Source of the DNA: an uncultured Planctomycetota bacterium
GTDB lineage: Bacteria; Planctomycetota; Planctomycetia; Gemmatales; HRBIN36
Assembly: GCA_937944855.1 (NCBI GenBank)
Contig: CALFAY010000003.1
Span: forward strand, 64,470-128,469
DNA: 64,000 nucleotides
Reading direction: 5' to 3'
The position numbers and the translations under genes are program-made. Below, piece after piece: positions 45,357 through 54,503 of this stretch. The notes beneath the pieces were generated by a model. It searched no databases. It saw only the letters and a program-made list of their open reading frames with translations, and had not been told where the DNA came from. Every line of letters starts with the position of its first letter. The first letter of the stretch is position 1.

Positions 45357-47048
45357 TCAGCGGTCGATGATCGTTTCCACGTTCTTGACGATCTCGTTCA
45401 GGAAGGCCTCGAAGTCGCGGACCTCGTCGTAGCCCAGCCCACCGTCGAATCGGTCGCGGTCGTCGCCGCCGAACATGATGTCGTCGCCGTCGCCGCCGAA
45501 GAGTCGGTCTTCGCCGGCATCGCCGGTGATGGTGTCGTTGCCCGTGTCGCCGTAGAGCCAGTCGTTGCCCCGACCGCCGGAGATATTGTCGAAGCCGGTG
45601 CCGCCGAAAATGGTATCGTCGCCGTCCTCGCCGAAGAGGTGGTCGTTGCCGTCGCCGCCGTCGATGGAGTCGTTGCCCAGGCCGCCGTAGATGTAGTCGG
45701 GCAAGAAGCCGACGCCGCCCAGCAAAGTATCGTTGCCCGTTCCGCCATAGATGGTGTCGCTGCCGTCGCCCCCATCCACAGAATCATTGCCGCCGCCGCC
45801 GTCGATGGAATCAGCACCGACGCCGCCGAAGATACTGTCATTGCCGGCCCCGCCGAAGACGGTATCGTTGCCTTCGCCGCCTTCGAGCCGGTCGCGTCCG
45901 GCCTCGCCGTAGATGACATCGTTGCCGTCGCCGCCGAAGACGGTGTCGTTGCCATCCCCGCCGTACAGGTTCAGATCGTCGCCGCCGTCCCCGTTCAGAA
46001 CGTCATTGCCCGCCTCGCCGAACAACCAGTCGTTGTCGCTGCCGCCCGATCCGCTGCCGTCGTGGCCGAAGAGGACGTCATCCCCCTCGCCGCCGTAGAT
46101 CGTGTCGGACCCACCGCCGCCGGCCAAGGTGTCATTGCCTAGCCCTCCTTGGATCGCGTCGTTGCCGTCCCCGCCGAAGGCCCGATCATTGCCATTGCCG
46201 CAGTCGAGGATGTCGTCGCCGCCGTCGCCGAAGATGGTGTCGTTGCCATCCCCGCCGTAGATGTAATCCGTTTCGAAACCGGCGGTGTCGGAGCCGTCGT
46301 GGCCCATGAGGAGGTCGTTGCCGGCATCGCCGCGGATCATGTCGAAGCCGGCCCCGCCGAGGATCGTGTCGTTGCCCAAGCCGCCAAAGAGTCCGTCGTT
46401 GCCGTCGCCGCCGTGGAGCAAATCGTCACCGTCATCCCCGTAGATGGTGTCGTCGGCGTCGTCAGGCCCGCCGAGGAGCGTGTCGTTGCCTGCATTCCCG
46501 CGAATAAAGTCAGCATCCTCGCCGCCGTCGATGGAGTCGTTGCCCAGGCCGCCTTCGAGGATGTCGTCGCCTTTGCCGCCGAAAATGCTATCGTTGCCGT
46601 CCCCCCCGTTGATGATGTCCCGGAAGTCGCTGCCAATGATGTAGTCATGACCACCGCCGGCCAGCACGACGATGCGGGGCGAACCGAAGCCGTTGCTCGG
46701 CTTCACTTCGCTGAGGTCGATGCGGTCCCGCCCATTGGAACCGAAGACCCGAATCGAAGTTACCTGCGAGGCGAAAGGCAGGAACGGTCCGCTGATCGGT
46801 ATTTCGCCGCCGTTGACCTCGACCAGCGATCCGGACACGCCGATCACTACCTCCTGTCCGCCGCGGAGGATGTCGATGCGCAGCACGCCGGTGCCTTCGA
46901 CGTTGAAGGTCGCCAGGACGGCCGGAGCACGACGCTCTTCCAGCCATTCCAGATGGGGGCGGACCTTGCGATGCGAATGGAAAGATCGGCGAGAACGCAG
47001 CTTGTCGAGCCAGACTTTGAAACGGAACATACGGGGCCACTCCCTCAT
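45357..47048 (-). CDS. RTX-type (hemolysin-type calcium-binding) repeat protein with N-terminal LEWLEERR motif
   Basis: About 45 nonapeptide GGxGxDxhx repeats (e.g. GGDGNDSIFGGKGDDILEGGLGNDSIDGG). N-terminus MREWPRMFRFKVWLDKLRSRRSFHSHRKVRPHLEWLEERRAPA. Confidence 0.9.
   Translation of the reverse strand: MREWPRMFRFKVWLDKLRSRRSFHSHRKVRPHLEWLEERRAPAVLATFNVEGTGVLRIDILRGGQEVVIGVSGSLVEVNGGEIPISGPFLPFASQVTSIRVFGSNGRDRIDLSEVKPSNGFGSPRIVVLAGGGHDYIIGSDFRDIINGGDGNDSIFGGKGDDILEGGLGNDSIDGGEDADFIRGNAGNDTLLGGPDDADDTIYGDDGDDLLHGGDGNDGLFGGLGNDTILGGAGFDMIRGDAGNDLLMGHDGSDTAGFETDYIYGGDGNDTIFGDGGDDILDCGNGNDRAFGGDGNDAIQGGLGNDTLAGGGGSDTIYGGEGDDVLFGHDGSGSGGSDNDWLFGEAGNDVLNGDGGDDLNLYGGDGNDTVFGGDGNDVIYGEAGRDRLEGGEGNDTVFGGAGNDSIFGGVGADSIDGGGGNDSVDGGDGSDTIYGGTGNDTLLGGVGFLPDYIYGGLGNDSIDGGDGNDHLFGEDGDDTIFGGTGFDNISGGRGNDWLYGDTGNDTITGDAGEDRLFGGDGDDIMFGGDDRDRFDGGLGYDEVRDFEAFLNEIVKNVETIIDR
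45428..46667 (-). repeat. 27-nt-periodic coding repeats (RTX nonapeptides)
   Basis: Repetitive GGC/GAC-rich units. They generate long shadow ORFs on the plus strand (45072..46142, 46149..47081). Confidence 0.85.
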
Positions 47049-47415
47049 GCGAGATCAGGAGCCAATGCGCTTCGGAACTAGGCAAACGGAACCGGGCGGC
47101 TGCCGGATCGGACGGCAACGTTGACGTGGCTTGGGAGTGGCGTCAAGCTGCTCTTCTCTGGACCGCTCCGCAGCCGCGGATGGCTTGGAATCCTCCCGGC
47201 CTGACGGAAACCGTGCCCGGCCGGGATTTTCCTTTTGTACCACAGCACGGTGTCGGCGTCAAAGGCTCTGCCGGGACCATTTCCGCGTTTTCCGCCCGCT
47301 TGTGCCGCACAAACCGTCGTGCTATATTGGTGTCGCCTTCTGTCAGCCCGCCTCGATGGCTTGAAACGACCGAAACCGATTCCTTCCGAAACTCTCTCGC
47401 CTTTCGGGGGATGCC

Positions 47416-48852
47416 ATGAACGGGTTCGACCATCCGGTATTGGATCGGCGTGTGGCCTTGCAAGCGGGGGCCGTCGGCTTTCTCGGTCTGGGATTGGGTC
47501 ATGTCCCGATGCTGCGAGGCTTGGCGTCTTCCCTTGACCAGCCTTCTTCCCGCCGGGCCAAAGCCGTCATTTTCATCTTTCTGTCCGGCGGTCTGAGCCA
47601 GCACGAGAGCTTCGATCCGAAGCCGGAAGCCCCCGACACCATTCGGGGCGAGTTTGGCGTCACTCCTACCCGGACAGCGGGCCTGTTCATCTGCGAACAC
47701 TTGCCGCAACTGGCCAATTGCTCCCACCTGTGGACGGTGGTCCGGTCCCTGACCCATCCGTCCAACGATCACTCGGCCGGGCATCACATCATGCTGACGG
47801 GTAGGAGCGATCTGCCGATCGGCTTCAATCCCGACAAGCCGCAGCCGACCGACCACCCCAGCATCGCCGCTCTGGCCGGCACGCTGACCCGAGCGCGCAA
47901 CAACTTGCCCCCGGCCATCGTCCTGCCAGAGAAGTTGATCCACACCACAGGCCGGGTCATTCCGGGCCAGTTCGCGGGCATTCTTGGTCGCAACCGGGAT
48001 CCGTGGTTTCTTGAAGCCAGCCCGTTCGAACCGCGGGCTTACGGTGCCTATCCGCAGTACGAATTCGATCACCAGCAACGCAGCTATCAGCCCAAGCGGC
48101 AGCATTTCGTCATCCCCGATTTGAGTTTGCCGCAGGACGTGGACGGCGGACGGTTCCGGGATCGTTTGGCTTTGCTCCGCCACGTGGACGCTCAGCGGCG
48201 GGCTTTGGAAAGAACGGCCTCCGTAGCCAATTTCGGCAAACCCTGGTCGGACGCGGTCAATCTGCTGACCCAGGAGCGGGTCCGGGCGGCTTTCGATTTG
48301 CGGAAGGCGACGCCGAGGGAATTGGAAAACTACGGCGACAACTCGTTCGGCTGGTCGCTGTGGATCGCTGCCCGTCTGGTCGAGGCCGGGGTCAGTCTCG
48401 TGCAGGTGAACCTGGGCAATAACGAGACGTGGGACACCCACGGCAACGCCTTCCCCCACCTGAAGGAGAAACTGCTGCCGCCGATGGACCGTTCCGTGTC
48501 GGCCCTGCTAGTGGATTTGCAAGAGCGCGGCCTGCTGGCCGACACGCTGGTTGTGCTCGCCAGTGAATTCGGTCGGACGCCGAAAATCAGCACGCTGACC
48601 CAATTCTACAAGGGACCGGGACGCGACCACTGGGGAGCGGTGCAGAGCGTCTTGCTGGCGGGGATGGGTTTCGGCGGAAAAGTGATCGGTGCCTCCGACC
48701 GCATCGGAGGTTATCCGATCGAATCGCCCTGCACTCCGGAGAACCTGGCCGCGACGATCTACTCCGCCCTCGGACTGCCGCGGACCCTCGAGTACCACGA
48801 CAGCCTGGGCCGTCCGTTCGCTCTGTACCACGGCGATCCGATTCCCGCCTGA
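47416..48852 (+). CDS. DUF1501 domain protein (sulfatase-like fold, Tat-type leader)
   Basis: LDRRVALQAGAVGFLGLGLG leader. IFIFLSGGLSQHESFDPKPEAPDTIRGEF...EFGRTPKI...GRDHW. Confidence 0.9.
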   Translation: MNGFDHPVLDRRVALQAGAVGFLGLGLGHVPMLRGLASSLDQPSSRRAKAVIFIFLSGGLSQHESFDPKPEAPDTIRGEFGVTPTRTAGLFICEHLPQLANCSHLWTVVRSLTHPSNDHSAGHHIMLTGRSDLPIGFNPDKPQPTDHPSIAALAGTLTRARNNLPPAIVLPEKLIHTTGRVIPGQFAGILGRNRDPWFLEASPFEPRAYGAYPQYEFDHQQRSYQPKRQHFVIPDLSLPQDVDGGRFRDRLALLRHVDAQRRALERTASVANFGKPWSDAVNLLTQERVRAAFDLRKATPRELENYGDNSFGWSLWIAARLVEAGVSLVQVNLGNNETWDTHGNAFPHLKEKLLPPMDRSVSALLVDLQERGLLADTLVVLASEFGRTPKISTLTQFYKGPGRDHWGAVQSVLLAGMGFGGKVIGASDRIGGYPIESPCTPENLAATIYSALGLPRTLEYHDSLGRPFALYHGDPIPA

Positions 48853-48864
48853 TTCCGCGCTCGT

Positions 48865-49716
48865 TCAAGCCTTCTCAGGCAACTCGAATCGTCGGAGGAA
48901 GTCCCGGGCACGTCGGGCGGCATTCACGGCGTCATGACTGTGGCGGCTCAGTTCGACCGTGACTCCGTGGCGGTAGTCGATCCGCTTCAGGACGTCGAAC
49001 ACGGGGACGAAGTCGAGTTCGCCCTCCCCAAACTGAAGATGCTCATGCACGCCGCGGCGCATGTCCTCGATGTGGATATTCCAGATCAACCGGCCCCAGG
49101 TCAGCAGTTTGTCGGCGAGCGGTGTTTCTCCCTGGCAGTGCAGATGGCCGATGTCCACCGTCAGGCCGAAGGCGGGGTGACGAATCCGAGCCTCCAACTC
49201 GGCGAAGTCGTCGAGTGTGGCGACGAACATGCCCGGCTCCGGCTCGAAGGCCAGGCGCACGCCCAGGTTGGCCGCGCGGTCGGCCAGACAACGGCACTCG
49301 TCGGCCAGGCGTTGCATCGAAGTTTCCCGGTCTTCATTGCTGCGCGCGGTGCCGGACCAGAGACTGACCACCTCGCTGCCCAACCCTCGGGCCGTCTCCA
49401 GGGCACGACATAGGAAATCCCGCCTTCGCTCGCGCTTGCTGTCGTCCGGGTCCAGGAGCGTCGGCTGATGCTTGTGCCAGGGATCGAGCAGAAAGCGGGC
49501 GCCAGTTTCGATCACGGAGTGCAAGTGCAACTGGTCCAGCAGCGTGCGGACCGCTTCGACTTGGCGAAGGTGGTCGGGAGCATAAGGGTCGAGGGTGTGG
49601 TAATCCAGGGTGACGGCGACCCCTTGATAACCCAGATCAGCCAGGACGCGCAGGGCGTCCTCGAGCCGGTGATAAGTGAAGCCGTTGGTGTTGTAGCCGA
49701 TCCACATCGGTCCCAT
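48865..49716 (-). CDS. sugar phosphate isomerase/epimerase (TIM barrel)
   Basis: IGYNTNGFTYHRLEDALRVLADLGYQGVAV...LAFEPEPG...HIEDM pattern. Confidence 0.8.
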   Translation of the reverse strand: MGPMWIGYNTNGFTYHRLEDALRVLADLGYQGVAVTLDYHTLDPYAPDHLRQVEAVRTLLDQLHLHSVIETGARFLLDPWHKHQPTLLDPDDSKRERRRDFLCRALETARGLGSEVVSLWSGTARSNEDRETSMQRLADECRCLADRAANLGVRLAFEPEPGMFVATLDDFAELEARIRHPAFGLTVDIGHLHCQGETPLADKLLTWGRLIWNIHIEDMRRGVHEHLQFGEGELDFVPVFDVLKRIDYRHGVTVELSRHSHDAVNAARRARDFLRRFELPEKA

Positions 49717-49846
49717 CCGTTGCCCTGGAGAAATCAGTCAAGCTATCGCCATTGACCGGAAAGCGCGTAAGCGGTACCAAGGGGATCGCACCCCGGCTGC
49801 GCCACCGTCTGATCGGTAAACCACGAAGGCTCACTCCGTCCCGACC

Positions 49847-51289
49847 ATGCTGTTTCTGACGTTCAAGTTCTTCGTCTTCTTCTGCGTCGTCTTCGCCGTG
49901 TACTGGGGCCTGTCGCTCGTGACGGCGATCTGGCACCGATGGCACGAGCAGCGGGTGCATCGTCTCCGCATGGGCTGGCTGCTGCTGGCCAGCTGCTATT
50001 TCTACCTGAGTTGGAACCCAGTCTTCATTCTGCTCATTCTGTTTTCCGCGTCCGTGGATTACGTCTCCGCACGGCTGATGCTTCACACCCAGACCGTGTG
50101 GAAGCGACGCGCCTTGCTGATCCTGAGCATCAGCGTGAACCTGGGTCTGCTGGCGTTTTTCAAGTACACGAATTTCCTTCTTGGAACGGCCATCGGTACG
50201 CTCAACCTGTTCGGCTTCGAGAACGACCCCGTCGTTGTAAACATCATCCTACCCCTGGGCATCTCCTTTTACACCTTCGAGACCATCAGCTACATCGTGG
50301 ATGTTTACCAGGGCAAGATCAAGCCGGTGAGAAACCTGCTCGACTACGCTTTGTACATCATGTTCTTCCCGCACCTGGTGGCGGGGCCGATTGTGCGGCC
50401 GCACGAGTTCCTGCCGCAGATCGCCCAGATCAAGCGATGGAACTGGGACCGCCTGCAACTGGGCATGCAGTTCTTCGTACTCGGGCTGTTCAAGAAAGCC
50501 GCCATCGCCGACCAGCTGGCGAAGATCGTGGATCCGATCTTCGCTCATCCAGCGGAGTACGCCTCGGCAACGGTGTGGCTGGGAGTACTGTGCTACGCGG
50601 CCCAGATCTACTGCGATTTCTCCGGGTACAGCGACATGGCCGTGGGACTGGCGCACATGCTCGGCTTCAAGCTGCCCAGGAACTTCAACCTGCCTTACCT
50701 GGCCGACAGCATCACCGATTTCTGGCGGCGCTGGCACATCACGCTATCAAGCTGGCTGCGCGACTACCTGTACATTCCGCTGGGCGGCAACCGCTACGGG
50801 GCATGGAAGACGTACCGCAATCTGCTTGTGACGATGCTCCTGGGGGGGCTGTGGCACGGGGCGAACTGGACGTTCGTCGTCTGGGGGTTGTACCACGGCA
50901 CATTGCTGTCCTTGCATCGAGCCATTCCCTGGCCGCGCTGGACAGGGGCGCTAGTTCTCAAGCCGTTGTTCTGCGTGGGGACGTTCCTTCTGGTCAGCGT
51001 CGGATGGGTCTTTTTCCGCGCTCAGACGTTTGCCGATGCCGCGGTCGTCCTGCGAAAGATGGTCTGGCCCGAAGTCGGTAAGACGTTGGAACCAGCGGTC
51101 TTCGTCCTGGGACTGTCAGCTCTGGCGTTTTTGCTGACAGCCTGGTTGCTGGCCTCCTGGCTGGACCTGAAACGGATCGAGCGGCGCATCCCGGCTCCGC
51201 TTCTTGGGGCGGCGATGGCGGCTGCGTTCGTCCTGGCACAGATACTCATGCCGGAAGATGGCCGGGCGTTTATCTACTTCCAGTTCTGA
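49847..51289 (+). CDS. MBOAT-family membrane O-acyltransferase (AlgI/DltB-like)
   Basis: Multi-TM protein. PLGISFYTFETISYIVDVY, FWRRWHITLSSWLRDYLYIPLGGNR, GLWHGANWTFVVWGLYHG (conserved His). Confidence 0.92.
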   Translation: MLFLTFKFFVFFCVVFAVYWGLSLVTAIWHRWHEQRVHRLRMGWLLLASCYFYLSWNPVFILLILFSASVDYVSARLMLHTQTVWKRRALLILSISVNLGLLAFFKYTNFLLGTAIGTLNLFGFENDPVVVNIILPLGISFYTFETISYIVDVYQGKIKPVRNLLDYALYIMFFPHLVAGPIVRPHEFLPQIAQIKRWNWDRLQLGMQFFVLGLFKKAAIADQLAKIVDPIFAHPAEYASATVWLGVLCYAAQIYCDFSGYSDMAVGLAHMLGFKLPRNFNLPYLADSITDFWRRWHITLSSWLRDYLYIPLGGNRYGAWKTYRNLLVTMLLGGLWHGANWTFVVWGLYHGTLLSLHRAIPWPRWTGALVLKPLFCVGTFLLVSVGWVFFRAQTFADAAVVLRKMVWPEVGKTLEPAVFVLGLSALAFLLTAWLLASWLDLKRIERRIPAPLLGAAMAAAFVLAQILMPEDGRAFIYFQF

Positions 51290-51298
51290 GCGATCGCC

Positions 51299-52441
51299 AT
51301 GCGGAACCGACGCGACAACTTCCAGGTCCGAGGCTGGCGCACGCTGGGGTGGGCCTTGGCGACTTTCTTTGCGGTTCATCTGATCGGCGGATTGCTGTTG
51401 GACTACCACTGGCCGCACCTCCGCTTTCCCTCCGCCGATGCCACGCTCAAAACCCTGACCAAGCAACCGCGTTCTCCCGACGTGATCTGCCTGGGCAGTT
51501 CTCGCTTCGGGGCCGGATTCGTCCAGGAAGAGGTCCGTCAGCGGCTTCAGGAGGCCAGCAACGATTCCGAAGTGATTGTCTTCAATGCTGCGATCGAAGC
51601 CGGGGATCTGATTACGGCCGAGTTTGTGCTCGATGGAGCACTCAAACAAGGCGTTCGGCCAAGGCTGATCGTGGTGGAGATCAGTCCGGAAACGCTGGCT
51701 TGCCGCAGCGAGTGGATGGGCCAGCACGTTCTGCGACAACTGACCTGGAGCGAACTTGCCGAGCACGCCGAGGCGATCTGGTTATCGGGCAACCTTGTGC
51801 GCACCGTGTCCGCGCGGCTGTTGCCGCTTCACGTTCACCGCCACCAGATCGGCTTGCGGATCCGGGACGAGATCGCCCGCTGGCTCGCGTCCTTGGAGCG
51901 GTCCTCCGACCCGGCCAGGAAGCGCTCCACGAAGCAGAAGAAGCAACCGCCCAGCGCCCCGGACCACGGCGTGCCTTGGGAGGTTTTTCAGGAGTTGGCA
52001 TCCGACCGGCACGACCCGGCCCGCATCGAGGCAGGACTGCCGGCAATCCGACGCTGGCTGAAGGACTACCGGCCCGGCGGCAGCGCCGCCCGGTCGTTGG
52101 AACGACTCCTGACGCTGGCCAAGGACCACGGAGCCGAAGTGATCCTGGTCGGCGTCCCCGTGGCCGAGGCACATCGCCGCCTCTATACGCCCCAAATCGA
52201 GCAGGCGTTTCTGGAGCACATCCAGTCGGTGTGCAGCCGCCGCCGCTGCCTGTTCGTGGATTACCGCCATCGGATTCCGGATGAACTCTTTCAGGACAAT
52301 CATCATCTGACGCGCGCTGGCGGTACGCTCTTCAGTCGGCTGCTCACGGAGGAAGTGCTGCTGCCGACGTGGCGGCAACGGCAGGCGGTAACGCTGGGCG
52401 AATCGGGAAATTCGCCTGCCGACCACGGCAAACTACGCTGA
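51299..52441 (+). CDS. membrane-anchored accessory protein of the MBOAT gene (DUF1574/AlgJ-like, tentative)
   Basis: N-terminal TM segment WALATFFAVHLIGGLLL. VICLGSSRFGAGF resembles SGNH block I. 10 nt downstream of the MBOAT gene. The family name is tentative. Confidence 0.6.
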   Translation: MRNRRDNFQVRGWRTLGWALATFFAVHLIGGLLLDYHWPHLRFPSADATLKTLTKQPRSPDVICLGSSRFGAGFVQEEVRQRLQEASNDSEVIVFNAAIEAGDLITAEFVLDGALKQGVRPRLIVVEISPETLACRSEWMGQHVLRQLTWSELAEHAEAIWLSGNLVRTVSARLLPLHVHRHQIGLRIRDEIARWLASLERSSDPARKRSTKQKKQPPSAPDHGVPWEVFQELASDRHDPARIEAGLPAIRRWLKDYRPGGSAARSLERLLTLAKDHGAEVILVGVPVAEAHRRLYTPQIEQAFLEHIQSVCSRRRCLFVDYRHRIPDELFQDNHHLTRAGGTLFSRLLTEEVLLPTWRQRQAVTLGESGNSPADHGKLR

Positions 52442-52487
52442 CGGCGGGCAGTTCAACCAGATTTGGGCAGCGGCAGCGCAAAGAAAG

Positions 52488-52511
52488 ACCCGCGTCGGGG
52501 GAGACGCGGGT
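52488..52511. terminator. perfect 9-bp GC hairpin, candidate bidirectional terminator
   Basis: ACCCGCGTC (52488-52496) / GACGCGGGT (52503-52511) with a 6-nt loop. The minus-strand reading is followed by CUUUCUUUG. The plus-strand reading has no U tract. Confidence 0.4.
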
Positions 52512-52923
52512 TCGCGGGGGAGGAAACGCTGCCGATGGGCAATCTGGTTGGGAATCGGGCCAGGGGTCGGGCTGGCCCGGGGGAGTCTGAGGAAGGCGTG
52601 CGCGGGGAAACGCCTGCCTCTGGGGGAGTTTCCTTCCGAGGGCTGGTCGGTCGGGCACGGCCCGGGCGGAACTCCGGGCCATGCCTGACGGCCTCCTCCA
52701 TTCCAGCCCCATCGTCGCTCCAGGTGTTCCTCTCGTTGTGCTTTCCTACGGAGCAAGCGTCGTGCCAAAAACTGCGAACTGCTCCGTTGTAGAGTTGCAA
52801 CCCTATGCCTGATATAGCCTTGTGCTGTCCGTTAGCGGCGCAGGCCGACCGTGGCAACCGGCTTCGGAGTGGGAACAATTACAATTGGATCGGAAAGTTC
52901 TACAAATCCTGTCACAAATCGGA

Positions 52924-54261
52924 TCAGGTGAGCAGAACGCGCAGGTCCATGACGTTGGTCTGAGTCAGTCCGCAGCGAATCAGACCGCCGACTTGGTCGA
53001 AGAAGTGGTACGAGTCGTGGCGGTTCAGAAAGTCCCCAAGATCGAGGCCGAGCCGGGCAGCTTCGGTCAGGGTGTCGCCATCGGCAACGGCCCCGGCAGC
53101 GTCGGTCGGCCCATCTTCCCCGTCGGTGCCGCCGCTCAACAGGGTGATGTTGGGGGCGCGTCCGAGAACCGACCGCAGATGCACCAGGCAGGCCAGGACG
53201 AACTCCTGGTTGCGGCCGCCCAGTCCGTGGTCGGGGGGCAGTCGGACCGTGGTTTCGCCGCCGCTGAGAATGCAGACGTTGTCCGGCTGACCGCGGGCGA
53301 TGTCGCCCAGCACCTCGGCGGTCGTCTGCGTATCGCCGCCCAGGCACGAGCCGAGCGCCAGGACGCGATACCCGCGGGCCATCGCCTCTGTGGCGGCAGC
53401 TTCGAGGGCCAGGCCGTTGTTGGCCACGATCAGATTGTGGACCCGGGGCCGGCCTTCAGGGTCGGTCGGCAGAGCCTTGAGCGTTTCTGGAACCAACCCG
53501 GAAACTCCGCTTCGGAGGTAATCAAGGACCGCGGCGGGGACTTCGGAGGAAAGGCGATATTTGTCGAGCACGGCGAGGGCGTCGGCAAAGGTGGTCGGGT
53601 CTTCGGCCGTGGGACCGGAGGCGATAACGTCCAGCGGATCACCGATCACATCGGAAATGATGAGGCTGACGACCCGGCTTCCCGAGAAGTGTCGCACCAA
53701 TCCGCCGCCCTTGATGCGGGACAGGTGCTTGCGAACCGTGTTCATTTCCTGAATCGTTGCCCCGCACCGATGCAGCAGGCCAGTGACAGCCTGCTTGTCC
53801 GCCAAGGATATGCCCGGCACCGGGGCGGGAAGCAGGGCCGAGCCTCCGCCGGAAATCAGGCAGAGCATCACGTCCTCGGATCGCGCTGAGGAAGCCAATG
53901 CGAGGATGCGTTCGGTCCCTTCTACCGCCTGGGCGGTGGGGGAATTGACGCCGGCCGGTCGAGCAGGCCACAACGTGACCCCCTCGACCGATTCGACCTC
54001 CTCTCCGGGAACGTTCACCCAACCGACAATCCGGTCGGAAGCAACGCCGCGTCGGATCAGTTCGGCATGGACGACCCGAGCCATCGCCGCCCCCGCCTTG
54101 CCTCCGCCGAGGATCAACACGCGGGATCGCGCGGTCGGTTGGAACACTTCGGGAAGCAGAGCGACGATTCGTTCCATCGCGGCGGGCAAACACTTCTCCG
54201 GCCGCACGGCTTCGACCCCCGCCTGCCAGATCGCCAAGGCTTCCTTCCGCTTCGCTTTCAT
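52924..54261 (-). CDS. glycerate 2-kinase / hydroxypyruvate reductase-like protein (DUF4147 + MOFRL)
   Basis: ALAIWQAGVEAVRPEKCL...VLILGGGKAGAAMA...ISGGGSALL...LLSGGTDGEDGPTDAAGA. Confidence 0.85.
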   Translation of the reverse strand: MKAKRKEALAIWQAGVEAVRPEKCLPAAMERIVALLPEVFQPTARSRVLILGGGKAGAAMARVVHAELIRRGVASDRIVGWVNVPGEEVESVEGVTLWPARPAGVNSPTAQAVEGTERILALASSARSEDVMLCLISGGGSALLPAPVPGISLADKQAVTGLLHRCGATIQEMNTVRKHLSRIKGGGLVRHFSGSRVVSLIISDVIGDPLDVIASGPTAEDPTTFADALAVLDKYRLSSEVPAAVLDYLRSGVSGLVPETLKALPTDPEGRPRVHNLIVANNGLALEAAATEAMARGYRVLALGSCLGGDTQTTAEVLGDIARGQPDNVCILSGGETTVRLPPDHGLGGRNQEFVLACLVHLRSVLGRAPNITLLSGGTDGEDGPTDAAGAVADGDTLTEAARLGLDLGDFLNRHDSYHFFDQVGGLIRCGLTQTNVMDLRVLLT

Positions 54262-54503
54262 GTGGATTCACTCCCGAACTTCGGACAACAGCATAGCAAC
54301 CAACCTCCGCAACGAGGAAGAGTCGGCTCAGACTCGAAATCGCTCCAATTCTCCCCTGGGGCGTCATCTGGCCTGAACGCATTTTGTGACCTAAATTTGC
54401 GTGCCTCCTAGGAACGGGAGCAGAGGAAGGGACGCTCTGCCCCCAGGGAATTCCCGTCCACGCGGCAGTCCCTGCCGGAAGTTCAACAGTTGGAGCGGGC
54501 AGC

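Noticed and set aside
45072-47081. Plus-strand ORFs 45072..46142 and 46149..47081, with repetitive Val/Ala/Asp-rich products, opposite the RTX gene.
   Set aside because: They mirror the 27-nt RTX repeats. The minus-strand reading gives canonical GGxGxDxhx nonapeptides plus a terminator, so the plus-strand ORFs are artefacts.
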